The notes below the pieces were generated by a model, which saw only the letters and a program-made list of their open reading frames with translations, ran no database searches and was not told where the DNA came from. From assembly GCF_000406145.1 (NCBI RefSeq), contig NZ_CM001976.1, positions 4,177,472 through 4,209,471 on the forward strand: DNA of 32,000 nucleotides. Direction: 5' to 3'. Each line of letters opens with the position of its first letter. Positions within the stretch are counted from its first letter, which is position 1. This document shows positions 10,117-18,907 of this stretch, piece by piece. The position numbers and the translations under genes were made by a program. This stretch comes from Dickeya dadantii NCPPB 898 (GTDB lineage: Bacteria; Pseudomonadota; Gammaproteobacteria; Enterobacterales; Enterobacteriaceae).

Positions 10117-11043
10117 TCAGTAACTTTTATCGAAACCCACCTCTCCGGCTAACGCCAGCCCTTGCCGAAAACGCGGCAGGTTGTCCAGAAACAGTTTCCC
10201 CAGACGAGCGGGCACCAGCGGCCCGGCAACATGCGCCGTGATCGTGAGGTTCGGCGTGCGCCAGAACGGATGATCGCCCGGCAGAGGCTCCTTTCGAAAC
10301 ACATCCAGCACCGCCCCGGCAATCTGCCCTTCATGCAAGGCCGTGCACAAATCCGTATCCACCACCGCGGTGCCGCGGCCAACGTTGATAAACAACGCCG
10401 AAGGCTTCATCGCGGCAAACACGCCAGCGTGATAGATATCCGTTGTAGCTGGCGTATCCGGCAAAATGTTGATGACGTAATCCGCTGACGCCACTGCCGA
10501 CGTAAGCGATGATAACCCTTCTACCCGTGCAAACATCGGTATCTCACGCGGTGAATAAGCCACGCCGTACAGCTCCACGCCGAAAGGCTGCAAAAAAGCC
10601 GCCACCTCCCGACCGATATCCCCCGCACCGACAATCAGCACCCGACGCCCGAACAACGACCCCGGCAATATCTTTTTCCATTCGCCGTATTGCTGGCTCC
10701 GCAGCCGTTGCGATAAATGAAGCTCATGCTGCAACAGGTAAGCCAGCACGTATTCAGCAATAGGCTGGCCAAACACCCCGACGGCCCGGCTCAGCCGATA
10801 ATCACGCGGCAATCCCTCAGCCAGTAAAGGTTTATAGCCGGCCCAGGTCGATTGCAACCAGCGAGGTTTCACCCCCTGAGCCAACAATTGTGCAGCCTTG
10901 TCCGGCTCGCCCACCCAGATCTCACAGGCCTGAGCCTGAGCGGCCTCGCCCGAGCCGATCACCAGCGGTAAGTCCGGCGCCGCCTCATGCAGCACATCCC
11001 GTAACTCATCCGCACGGGAATCCAACAGCAGAATAGATGTCAT
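10117..11043 (-). CDS. D-isomer-specific 2-hydroxyacid dehydrogenase (NAD(P)-binding, GhrA/YcdW-like)
   Basis: The Rossmann motif is 'RRVLIVGAGDIGREVA'. 'INVGRG' and 'LDVFRKEPLPGDHPFW...TAHVAG' are family signatures. The start is set at 'MTSILLL' (ATG 11043), because the longer ORF reads through the tRNA gene. Confidence 0.85.
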   Translation of the reverse strand: MTSILLLDSRADELRDVLHEAAPDLPLVIGSGEAAQAQACEIWVGEPDKAAQLLAQGVKPRWLQSTWAGYKPLLAEGLPRDYRLSRAVGVFGQPIAEYVLAYLLQHELHLSQRLRSQQYGEWKKILPGSLFGRRVLIVGAGDIGREVAAFLQPFGVELYGVAYSPREIPMFARVEGLSSLTSAVASADYVINILPDTPATTDIYHAGVFAAMKPSALFINVGRGTAVVDTDLCTALHEGQIAGAVLDVFRKEPLPGDHPFWRTPNLTITAHVAGPLVPARLGKLFLDNLPRFRQGLALAGEVGFDKSY

Positions 11044-11092
11044 GTTCGTCGTCTGGGAAAAATTCAATGCGACGATAATATATGAAATCGGG

Positions 11093-11123
11093 ATGACGCC
11101 AAATAGCGGTAGCTTATGGCTGA
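11093..11123 (+). other. Degenerate ops/JUMPStart-like remnant
   Basis: gatgacGCCAAataGCGGTAGCTTatggCTGA resembles 1110-1137 tgtgaGCCAAggGCGGTAGCTTgtCTGA. The shared 10-mer gcggtagctt is at 11106-11115. The first G of ops is A here. Confidence 0.3.
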
Positions 11124-11171
11124 GACTGTTTGAAAACGAGAAGAAAAGTAAGATAAAACAGAAAGAAAACT

Positions 11172-11247
<76 letters not shown>

Positions 11248-11940
11248 GTAGGATGGTTATTCAAAGCGCCTTGAAGCATCTAATTCTTTGTAACCAACTG
11301 ATTAAAAAGGCTTTAACACTTTAAGGCGTTTGGAATGGCGCTGATTATGGACCGGTTCTCCCGCTATGGCAAGTGCTTTTTCGTGCCATCAGTTTCGTTT
11401 GTTTATAATATCGACAATCTGCTGCCCTATGCATCTCCCGGCGGTCGATACAACGCGGCAATGCTACCCCCTAAGTCCTTCTCCCGCCATCGCATCGCCA
11501 GGGTGATACCGAAGCAGACAGAGTCGCGCCGGTGCTTTCTCGTTTTCTATCTGTCGGGCAAGAGGGTTATTCAGTATAACCAATCAATATATTTTATTTT
11601 TTCACCACCCATCATCATCTATTCCGAGACGTCATAATATCACCGTGGAATAGTTATCATTTTAAGTCGCATACTATTCCGTGCATTTTATCGGCAATAT
11701 CCGGCGAGCGACATAAATAAGATGCTGTAGATATAAAATCTGATTGAGCACACGCCGGCATTCTGGCAAATTAAACCGACGCCCAATGGCGCATCAATCA
11801 CTATTGATGTCATGAATTAAAAATAAAGCCATTAATTTCACATAGCGTTATTACTCGACAACACCACAACCACTATTTCATTCTTCTTTATGCAGGCTTT
11901 TGAGAAGCAGGTTGCTGGCTCATTTCTGGAGAGAACGCGT

Positions 11941-12615
11941 ATGCTAGATATCAATATATTTTTTTCTTCCCTGCTCGAACGGCAATTACATGATGCCGCC
12001 GGGCGCGCCAGTGCCCGGGCGGCAGCGCTGAGCCGTCAGGAATTACATCAAAAAGCCCGTGCGCTGCTCGACCAGCTCACCGGCCTAGACAATGATAGTT
12101 ATCAGAATGACCGCTGCGGGCAGCCCGCTGACGATGCCCCCGAACGTCTGGCGCGCGCCCGGCAGGCCTCCGACTTCGTCAACGGCCACGCCGCAAATCC
12201 GTTCAACGGGCTGACTTACCATCAACTATCGCTGATTGTCTACGATGAAAGCGGCGAGTTTACCCTGAATGAACGCCGGGCCGCCTGGAGCGAAGCCTAC
12301 TCTCTGGATCAAGCCTGGCGGCAGCACGTCGTCACGCAGGCCCGTCTGAACTACCGCCATCCTCAGTGGCAAATACGCTTTTTTACCGAAGTACTGAAAA
12401 ATTACCGGGAGCTGCCAGCGATTGAAAAAGCGCAATACCCGCGCCACTACGAGCGGGAATTGCAATGCCACCTGCTGCCCAACCGCGACGGGGCTCACCC
12501 CTTCGATTTTTCCGGTCTGGCTGATTACCCGAGCCTGCTGGAGATGCTGCTTGCCATCCGGCAGGATAGCCCCAGACGGGAAATGGCGCCGACTACCGTG
12601 AATCCTGCACCTTAA
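11941..12615 (+). CDS. Hypothetical protein; no family recognised
   Basis: The ORF is GC-rich with backbone-like codon usage. The ATG at 11941 is preceded by GGAGAG, which is better than the ATG at 11890. No signal peptide or TM segment is visible. The 3' end overlaps the convergent LLM gene by 23 nt. Confidence 0.5.
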   Translation: MLDINIFFSSLLERQLHDAAGRASARAAALSRQELHQKARALLDQLTGLDNDSYQNDRCGQPADDAPERLARARQASDFVNGHAANPFNGLTYHQLSLIVYDESGEFTLNERRAAWSEAYSLDQAWRQHVVTQARLNYRHPQWQIRFFTEVLKNYRELPAIEKAQYPRHYERELQCHLLPNRDGAHPFDFSGLADYPSLLEMLLAIRQDSPRREMAPTTVNPAP

Positions 12616-13594
12616 GCCCGGCGGTCAGCCCTCTGATTGACGTCAGTCGCGCGGCCGGGTCGTTGACCGGGGTATGAATGATGAACTCGTTGATGCCAAA
12701 ACGCTGGTGATAGTGCTGCAACTGGCGGTGGACCTCCGCCGCCGTGCCGTACAGGATGTTCTGTGCCTGTTTCTCGATACGAAACTGCGCGCTGCCGGAC
12801 TGCTGCACCAGCGTGTCCGCCTGCTCCTGCGACAGTACATTCAGCGGCGCGCGGTCTTCGATATACACCTTGTAGTTATACCGTTCGCCCGCCAGCGCTT
12901 TCGCCTCGTCATGGCTGTCCGCCACGATCACCGAGAGCGACAACAGCGCCTGCGCCTGCTCAGGCTGGTACTCGCGCCAGGTCAGCAGCGCTTCCGTCAA
13001 CAAACTTTCACTGGGCTGGATAAACCCGGCGAACACAAAATTCCAGCCCAGCGACGCCGCCAGGCGCGCGCTTTCCACACTGGCGCCCAGCAGAAAACGT
13101 GCCGGCGGCGCCGGCGGCAGCGGTGTAGCGCGCAGGTCGGTATTCGGCGTCGACGCTGGCTCCAGCAGCTCATGCAATTGCCGTAGCTTATCGGCAAACG
13201 ATATCTGACGCGCCGGGTCAATCTCCTGTTGCAACGCACGGGTCGACAGAGGAAAACCGCCGGGTGCCTTGCCGACGCCCAGATCGACCCGATCCGGCGC
13301 CAGCGACGCCAGCACATGGAAATTCTCCGCCACTTTATAGGGACTGTAGTGCTGCAGCATGACCCCACCGGAACCAATCCGGATGCGGCGGGTGTGGGCC
13401 AGCAGCCAGGTAATCAATACTTCCGGCGACGATCCCGCCAGTGAATCGGAATTGTGGTGTTCAGACACCCAGAAACGGGAATACCCCGACGCTTCAGCAA
13501 GACTGGCCAGTTCGACGGTCCGGGCCAGCGCGTCGGCGGCGGTCATCCCCTCCGCAATCGGGCTTTGATCCAATAAGCCAAGACGATAACTCAT
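12593..13594 (-). CDS. Luciferase-like (LLM class) flavin-dependent oxidoreductase, YhbW/MsnO8-like
   Basis: 'LGLLDQSPI...YSRFWVSEHHN...GSGGVMLQHYSPYKVAENF...DLGVGKAPGG' parallels E. coli YhbW. Length is 333 aa. An RBS GGGA lies upstream. Confidence 0.85.
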   Translation of the reverse strand: MSYRLGLLDQSPIAEGMTAADALARTVELASLAEASGYSRFWVSEHHNSDSLAGSSPEVLITWLLAHTRRIRIGSGGVMLQHYSPYKVAENFHVLASLAPDRVDLGVGKAPGGFPLSTRALQQEIDPARQISFADKLRQLHELLEPASTPNTDLRATPLPPAPPARFLLGASVESARLAASLGWNFVFAGFIQPSESLLTEALLTWREYQPEQAQALLSLSVIVADSHDEAKALAGERYNYKVYIEDRAPLNVLSQEQADTLVQQSGSAQFRIEKQAQNILYGTAAEVHRQLQHYHQRFGINEFIIHTPVNDPAARLTSIRGLTAGLKVQDSR

Positions 13595-13692
13595 ATATTT
13601 CCCTTTTTTGATCCAGCCTACATTTTCCGCATATTTTCATAGCCCGGAAAAATCCATAAATAACAAAATAGGGTTTGGTTAGTACAAATCCG

Positions 13693-13720
13693 CACTATTA
13701 ATAATTCTCACTATTAATAA
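13693..13720. repeat. 12-bp direct repeat (cactattaataa x2, 4-bp spacer) in the divergent promoter region; possible regulator site
   Basis: Read directly: 13693-13704 and 13709-13720. The repeat lies in a 442-bp AT-rich intergenic region between two divergent genes. Confidence 0.6.
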
Positions 13721-14036
13721 AATGGGAATCACAATAATCAGCGTAGTGAACTGCATACTTTTCTAACGTATTTTCGTCCTGCTCTCATTCGGGAAATAGG
13801 CGTACCCACGGGCTTCAATTTCAATTCTCGAATAAACAAATCACAAAACCCCCTGAGACGTTTTTTTGCTTTGGCATATTCAATTTTGTTGTTTTACATC
13901 CCGTATTCTCTCATCAATAGTATTTTCCAGTTTTCTTAACTCTCTATTAACCACCCGGACATGAGATTTCTCCGGCTCGTTATCCATGCCGGAGACGGGT
14001 TTCTTTTCGCCAAATTTCGCTGTAGGGAGCATGCTG

Positions 14037-15413
14037 ATGAGTGAAAAAACGATTTCCCGACAAAAGACGAGTCCTGACCAGCGTCAGCTGAGGCTGGGCG
14101 TGATATTGCAGGGCGCGGCCGGAAACATGTCGGCCTGGCGACACCGCAATGTGGTGCCGGACGCCAGCATCAATTTCGGGTTTGTACTGGATACCGTGAA
14201 AAAAGCCGAGCAGGGAAAATTCGACTTCGCCTTCGTGGCTGACGGTCTGTACATCAACGAGAAGTCTATTCCCCACTTTCTTAACCGGTTCGAACCGCTG
14301 ACGCTGCTGTCGGCGCTGGCGGCATCAACCCATCACATCGGTTTGGTCGGCACCCTATCCACCTCTTACAGCGAGCCGTTTACCACCGCGCGGCAGTTCG
14401 CCAGCCTCGACCATCTGAGCCACGGCCGCGCCGGCTGGAACGTGGTGACCTCGCCGCTGGAAGGGTCGGCGAAAAACTTCTCGCGTGCCCAGCACCCGGA
14501 ACACGCCCTGCGCTACCGCATCGCCGATGAGTTTCTACAGGTGGTGAAAGGACTGTGGGACTCCTGGGAAGACGACGCGTTTATCCGCGACAAGGCCAGC
14601 GGCCGCTTCTTCGACCCGCAGAAACTGCATACGCTGAACCATCAGGGTGAATTCTTCTCGGTCGCCGGGCCGCTGAACATCGGCCGTACGCCGCAGGGCC
14701 GGCCGATTATCTTCCAGGCCGGCGCGTCGGATGACGGCAAGAAACTGGCCGCCAGCCACGCGGATGCCATCTTCACCCACCAACACACGCTGGCGGAGGC
14801 ACAGGCGTTTTACCGCGACGTTAAGCAACAGTTGGTGGAACAAGGGCGGCGCGAAGACCAGTTGCATATCTTTCAGGGCGTCAGCGTGCTGGTGGGCGAC
14901 AGCGCGGAAGACGTGGAGCGTCAGTATCAGGATACCGCCGCATTGGTCACTATTGAAGATGCGCTCAATTACCTCGGCCGCTACTTCGAACACTACGACT
15001 TCTCGCAGCACCCGCTGGATGAACCGTTCCCGGATATCGGCGCGCTGGGCCAGAACAGTTTTCGCAGCACCACCGATGAAATCAAACGCAACGCCCGCGA
15101 ACGCGGTTTGACCCTGCGCCAGGCAGCGCTGGAAGCCACCACCCCGCGTCCGCTGTTCAGCGGCACGCCGCAACAGGTGGCGGACGGGCTGCAATCGTGG
15201 TTCGAACAGCGCGCCGCCGATGGCTTCATCATCCAGAGCGCCACGCCGGACAACTTCACCCGGTTTGTCGATCAGGTGGTGCCGCTGCTGCAACAGCGCG
15301 GCCTATTCCGTCGGGAGTACCCCGGCTACACGCTGCGGGAAAGCCTGGCGTTGGATTATCCGGCCAACCGCTACGCCGACGCCCGCCAGCCGGCAGAGGA
15401 AACGGCACCGTGA
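14037..15413 (+). CDS. NtaA/SnaA/DszA-family FMN-dependent monooxygenase (LLM class)
   Basis: 'AWRH...', '[17 protein letters not shown]', '[55 protein letters not shown]' are characteristic of this family. The start is chosen at the second ATG (14037), 9 nt after AGGGAG. Confidence 0.88.
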   Translation: MSEKTISRQKTSPDQRQLRLGVILQGAAGNMSAWRHRNVVPDASINFGFVLDTVKKAEQGKFDFAFVADGLYINEKSIPHFLNRFEPLTLLSALAASTHHIGLVGTLSTSYSEPFTTARQFASLDHLSHGRAGWNVVTSPLEGSAKNFSRAQHPEHALRYRIADEFLQVVKGLWDSWEDDAFIRDKASGRFFDPQKLHTLNHQGEFFSVAGPLNIGRTPQGRPIIFQAGASDDGKKLAASHADAIFTHQHTLAEAQAFYRDVKQQLVEQGRREDQLHIFQGVSVLVGDSAEDVERQYQDTAALVTIEDALNYLGRYFEHYDFSQHPLDEPFPDIGALGQNSFRSTTDEIKRNARERGLTLRQAALEATTPRPLFSGTPQQVADGLQSWFEQRAADGFIIQSATPDNFTRFVDQVVPLLQQRGLFRREYPGYTLRESLALDYPANRYADARQPAEETAP

Positions 15414-16393
15414 ACGCGCGCCACGCCACGCCGTTGCTGCTCGCCGCGCTGTTGTTCAGCGTCAGCGGATATGTGTTCAGCGCCAGCGGACATGTGTTCA
15501 GCGCCAGCGGACATGTGTTCAGCGCCAGCGGGCACGCCGGGCCTGCCGTCGTCGGCGGGATCGACCTGCAAGCCAACCAGTTGCCGGTGCGCGCGCCGGG
15601 CAATCCGCAGGCCATCGCCGAGATCCCGGCCGGGTTTACCTTTGCCGAACCCGGCACGCTGACGGTGGCGATCTCCAATCACAGCTCCCCGCCGCTGGCG
15701 CTGCTGGCGGATGACAACAAGACGCGCATCGGCAGCGATCCGGACATCGCCCGGCTGCTTGCCGACGCGTTGGGGCTGAAGCTCAAGCTGGTACCCACCG
15801 CCTGGGAGGACTGGCCGCTGGGCATCGCCTCCGGCCGCTACGATGCCGCCATCATCAATATCGCGGTCACCAAAGCGCGCAAGGAGAGATTCGATTTCGC
15901 CACCTACCGCGTCGATACGCTGGGCTTTTACGTCAAATCCACCAGCCGGATTCAGGCGATTCGCGGGCCGGCGGACGTAGCGGGGCTGAAGGTGATCGTC
16001 GGTTCCGGCACCAATCAGGAAAATATCCTGTTGGGCTGGGATCGCCAGAACCGCGCGCAGGGCTTGCCGCCGGTGCAACCTGTCTACGTTACCGACGATG
16101 CCGCCGCCAACCTGAGTATTCAGTCCGGCCGGGTGGACGCCTTTTTCGGCCCGCACTCCATCGGGGCCTACAAAGCGGCGTTGACCGGCCAAACGCGGAT
16201 GGTGGGTATCGGCCCCACCGTGGCGCCGGTAGCGGTCACCACCCGCAAGGGCAACGGGCTGGCGCAACCGATCAGCACCGCGCTCAACGGCGTCATCGCC
16301 GGCGGGCAGTACGCACAGGTGCTGGACCGCTGGGGCGAGAATGACGAAAAAGTCACACGTTCCGAGGTCAATCCGCGCGGTCTGGACGAATAA
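15410..16393 (+). CDS. ABC transporter periplasmic substrate-binding protein (family 3, polar amino acid/cystine type), paralog 1
   Basis: The GTG start overlaps the monooxygenase stop (GTGA at 15410-15413), with GAGG upstream. There is a signal-peptide-like N-terminus. The mature part is roughly two-thirds or more identical by eye to the next gene ('DWPLG.ASG.YD', '[24 protein letters not shown]', 'IVGSGTNQE'). Confidence 0.85.
   Translation: MNARHATPLLLAALLFSVSGYVFSASGHVFSASGHVFSASGHAGPAVVGGIDLQANQLPVRAPGNPQAIAEIPAGFTFAEPGTLTVAISNHSSPPLALLADDNKTRIGSDPDIARLLADALGLKLKLVPTAWEDWPLGIASGRYDAAIINIAVTKARKERFDFATYRVDTLGFYVKSTSRIQAIRGPADVAGLKVIVGSGTNQENILLGWDRQNRAQGLPPVQPVYVTDDAAANLSIQSGRVDAFFGPHSIGAYKAALTGQTRMVGIGPTVAPVAVTTRKGNGLAQPISTALNGVIAGGQYAQVLDRWGENDEKVTRSEVNPRGLDE
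15454..15537 (+). repeat. In-frame 21-bp tandem repeat, about 4 copies (2 identical), encoding (S)GHVFSA heptads in the signal peptide/N-terminal linker of paralog 1
   Basis: Units are at 15454-15474, 15475-15495, 15496-15516 and 15517-15537 (gttcagcgccagcggacatgt). The translation is [24 protein letters not shown]. Confidence 0.9.
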
Positions 16394-16438
16394 CCCGACT
16401 CGCGCCGCCGTCGATTTTTTATGTTCAAGGAATACGCT

Positions 16439-17386
16439 ATGCAGACTCTCGCCGTTCGTCCGTTTTACCGTCTGGCCGCCACGTTGTTCGGCGGCTGGCT
16501 ATTGCTCGGCAGCGCGCACGCCGCCGGCATCGATCTGAAGGCTAACCAACAGCCAATCCAGGCGCCCAAAAATCCGCAGGCCATCGCGCAGATTCCGGCC
16601 GGATTTACGTTTGTCGAACCGGGCAAACTCACCGTCGCGGTCGCGGCATTAGGCTCCTCGCCGCCGCTGGCCTTTCTGGCGGACGACAACAAAAGCATCA
16701 TCGGCAGCGAACCGGATATCGCCCGGCTGGTGGCCGACAGCCTCGGACTAGAATTGAATCTGGTATCGACCTCGTGGGAAGACTGGCCGCTGGGCGTCGC
16801 CTCCGGCAAGTATGACGTCGCCATCACCAACGTGACGGTGACCAAAGCGCGAAAAGAGCGTTTTGACTTTGCCACCTACCGCGCCGACACGCTGGGCTTC
16901 TATGTGAAATCCAGCAGTAAAATCCAGACAATACAGAGCGCCAAAGATATCGCCGGGCTGAAGATTATCGTCGGTTCCGGCACCAATCAGGAAGCCATCC
17001 TGCTCGACTGGGACAAGCAAAATCAGGCGGCCGGCCTGCCGCCGTTCCAGCCGGTCTACGTCACCGACGCTGCCGCCGCCAACCTGAGCATTCAGTCCGG
17101 CCGCGCCGACGCCACGTTCGGCCCGAACGTCACCGGCGCGTACAAAGCGGCGCTGAATGGGCAGACCCGACTGGTGGGCACCGTCAACGGCGGCTGGCCA
17201 CAGGTGGCGCATATCGCGGTGACCACCCGCAAAGGCAACGGGCTGGTGACCGCCCTCAATAGCGCGCTTAACGGCGTGATTCAGGGCGGCGAGTACGACC
17301 GGGTGCTGAACCGCTGGGGGGAAGGCGTAGAACGCATCAGCCGCTCGGAGATCAACCCGCCGGGTCTGGGCGACGCGCCGCTGTAA
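16439..17386 (+). CDS. ABC transporter periplasmic substrate-binding protein (family 3), paralog 2
   Basis: The ATG at 16439 is preceded by AAGGAA. The signal peptide is 'MQTLAVRPFYRLAATLFGGWLLLGSAHA/AG'. It is homologous to paralog 1 throughout. Confidence 0.88.
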   Translation: MQTLAVRPFYRLAATLFGGWLLLGSAHAAGIDLKANQQPIQAPKNPQAIAQIPAGFTFVEPGKLTVAVAALGSSPPLAFLADDNKSIIGSEPDIARLVADSLGLELNLVSTSWEDWPLGVASGKYDVAITNVTVTKARKERFDFATYRADTLGFYVKSSSKIQTIQSAKDIAGLKIIVGSGTNQEAILLDWDKQNQAAGLPPFQPVYVTDAAAANLSIQSGRADATFGPNVTGAYKAALNGQTRLVGTVNGGWPQVAHIAVTTRKGNGLVTALNSALNGVIQGGEYDRVLNRWGEGVERISRSEINPPGLGDAPL

Positions 17387-17415
17387 TCCGCATCCAGCCG
17401 CACAGGGAGGACGTT

Positions 17416-17946
17416 ATGTCTGACGAACGCTTTATCATCACCGACCCGGAAGACCACCGCATTGTGCCGGTGTTGGACGGGCTGTTTGCCGAATACCGCC
17501 AGCGCTACGGCGATTACTTCGCCCATCGGGATCCAGAGCCGCAGGGGCTTTATTTACCGCCGGACGGCATCTTCATCGTACTGCTGCGCGATGAGCGGCC
17601 GATCGCCACCGGCGCGTTCAAACGCTACGACGCCGCCACCGCCGAGCTTAAACGCATCTGGACCGACAGAACCCTGCGGCGTCAGGGGTTAGCCAGACGG
17701 GTACTGCACGAGCTGGAGCAACACGCCCGCCGGCTGGGCTACCGGGAGGTATTTCTGACCACCGGTTTCCGTCAGCCGGAAGCGGTCGGGTTGTACCTGA
17801 GCGAAGGTTATCAGCCGCAGTTCGATACCCAGATCGACCCGGAATATTACAGCCTGCCGCCGCACGATGGCCGGCTGCCGTTTCGCAAACCACTGTATGA
17901 CCCGGCCCTTACCCGGACAGCGCATCAGGAACGGGTAAAGGTATAA
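17416..17946 (+). CDS. GNAT-family N-acetyltransferase
   Basis: The acetyl-CoA binding motif is 'RRQGLARRVLHELEQHARRLG'. Length is 176 aa. An RBS GGGAGG lies upstream. Confidence 0.85.
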   Translation: MSDERFIITDPEDHRIVPVLDGLFAEYRQRYGDYFAHRDPEPQGLYLPPDGIFIVLLRDERPIATGAFKRYDAATAELKRIWTDRTLRRQGLARRVLHELEQHARRLGYREVFLTTGFRQPEAVGLYLSEGYQPQFDTQIDPEYYSLPPHDGRLPFRKPLYDPALTRTAHQERVKV

Positions 17947-17950
17947 GCTC

Positions 17951-18889
17951 ATGACGCAATCCATCCATCCTTCGCTGTCCCAGAATTCAGCCGACGCGCC
18001 TGCGACGCCGTTACGCGTGGTGCCGACCCGTTATCCGCTGCGCATCGCCGGCGCGCTGTTTTCGCTGTTTATTTTCGCCGGCATCGCCGAATCGGTGGCG
18101 CTCAACAGCCGTTGGGAATGGCCGGTGTTCGCCAGCTATTTCTTTAATCCGGTGATTGTGGAAGGGCTGGGGCGCACGCTGCTGCTGACGCTGCTTGGCT
18201 CCCTGTTCAGCATCATCGCCGGCACCGGGCTGGCGCTGGCGCGGCTGTCGTCGTCCACGCTACTCAGCACGCTGGCCTGGCTGTACATCTGGCTGTTTCG
18301 ATCGCTGCCGCTGATTCTGGTACTGATTATCCTCTACAACTTTTCGTACCTGTACGACGCGCTGGCGCTGGGCATCCCCTTCACCTCCATCGAGTTTTTC
18401 CGCTACCCGACCATTGATGTGCTCGGCCCATTCGCCGTGGCGGTGCTGGGGCTGACGCTGGTGCAATCGGCCTACACCGCCGAAATTATCCGCGGCGGCA
18501 TTCTCGGCGTCGACGCCGGGCAGTTCGAAGCCGCCGCCGCGCTCGGCCTGCCGGGTTACCGCCGCACCTGGCGGATTATTCTGCCGCAGGCGCTGCGCTC
18601 GATTCTGCCGACCGGTTTCAACGAAATCATCAGCCTGGCCAAAGGGACCTCGGTGGTGTACGTGCTGGCGCTGCCGGAGCTGTTTTACACCGTGCAGGTA
18701 ATTTACAACCGTACCCAGCAGGTGATTCCGCTGCTGATGGTCGCCACCGTCTGGTATCTGGTGATCACCAGCGTGCTGTCGGTGTTGCAGTATTTTGTCG
18801 AACGCTACGTCGCCCGCGGCGCGGTGCGGGAAACGCCGACGCATCCGCTGCGGCGGCTATTCCAGCGCCTGAGCACGCGCCGCCGCTGA
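17951..18889 (+). CDS. Amino acid ABC transporter permease (His/Glu/Gln/Arg/opine family)
   Basis: The protein is polytopic, with the EAA loop 'GQFEAAAALGLPGYRRTWRIILPQALRSILP'. Confidence 0.9.
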   Translation: MTQSIHPSLSQNSADAPATPLRVVPTRYPLRIAGALFSLFIFAGIAESVALNSRWEWPVFASYFFNPVIVEGLGRTLLLTLLGSLFSIIAGTGLALARLSSSTLLSTLAWLYIWLFRSLPLILVLIILYNFSYLYDALALGIPFTSIEFFRYPTIDVLGPFAVAVLGLTLVQSAYTAEIIRGGILGVDAGQFEAAAALGLPGYRRTWRIILPQALRSILPTGFNEIISLAKGTSVVYVLALPELFYTVQVIYNRTQQVIPLLMVATVWYLVITSVLSVLQYFVERYVARGAVRETPTHPLRRLFQRLSTRRR

Positions 18890-18907
18890 TTTTCAGGGAG
18901 AAGCAAC

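Noticed and set aside
11335-11637. 100-aa ORF in the non-coding region right of tRNA-Gly copy 2
   Set aside because: It has no Shine-Dalgarno sequence, its composition is unlike its neighbours and it has no recognisable motif. It is left unannotated.
13961-14044. 27-codon leader-peptide ORF spanning the hairpin upstream of the monooxygenase
   Set aside because: It has no RBS and no run of regulatory codons (a single Cys), so there is insufficient support for peptide-mediated attenuation.
15197-15409. 71-codon N-terminal extension of binding-protein paralog 1, overlapping the monooxygenase 3' end
   Set aside because: The extension is Arg/Pro-rich, with no signal peptide at its start. GTG 15410 gives a proper signal peptide and a GTGA stop/start overlap.
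14535-16267. Minus-strand ORFs antisense to the monooxygenase and binding-protein genes (14535-15293, 15371-16267, 16748-17212, 18260-18844) and 19743-20312 antisense to the esterase
   Set aside because: These are the same kind of shadow ORF. They have no RBS and no family resemblance, and the sense-strand genes have clear motifs.
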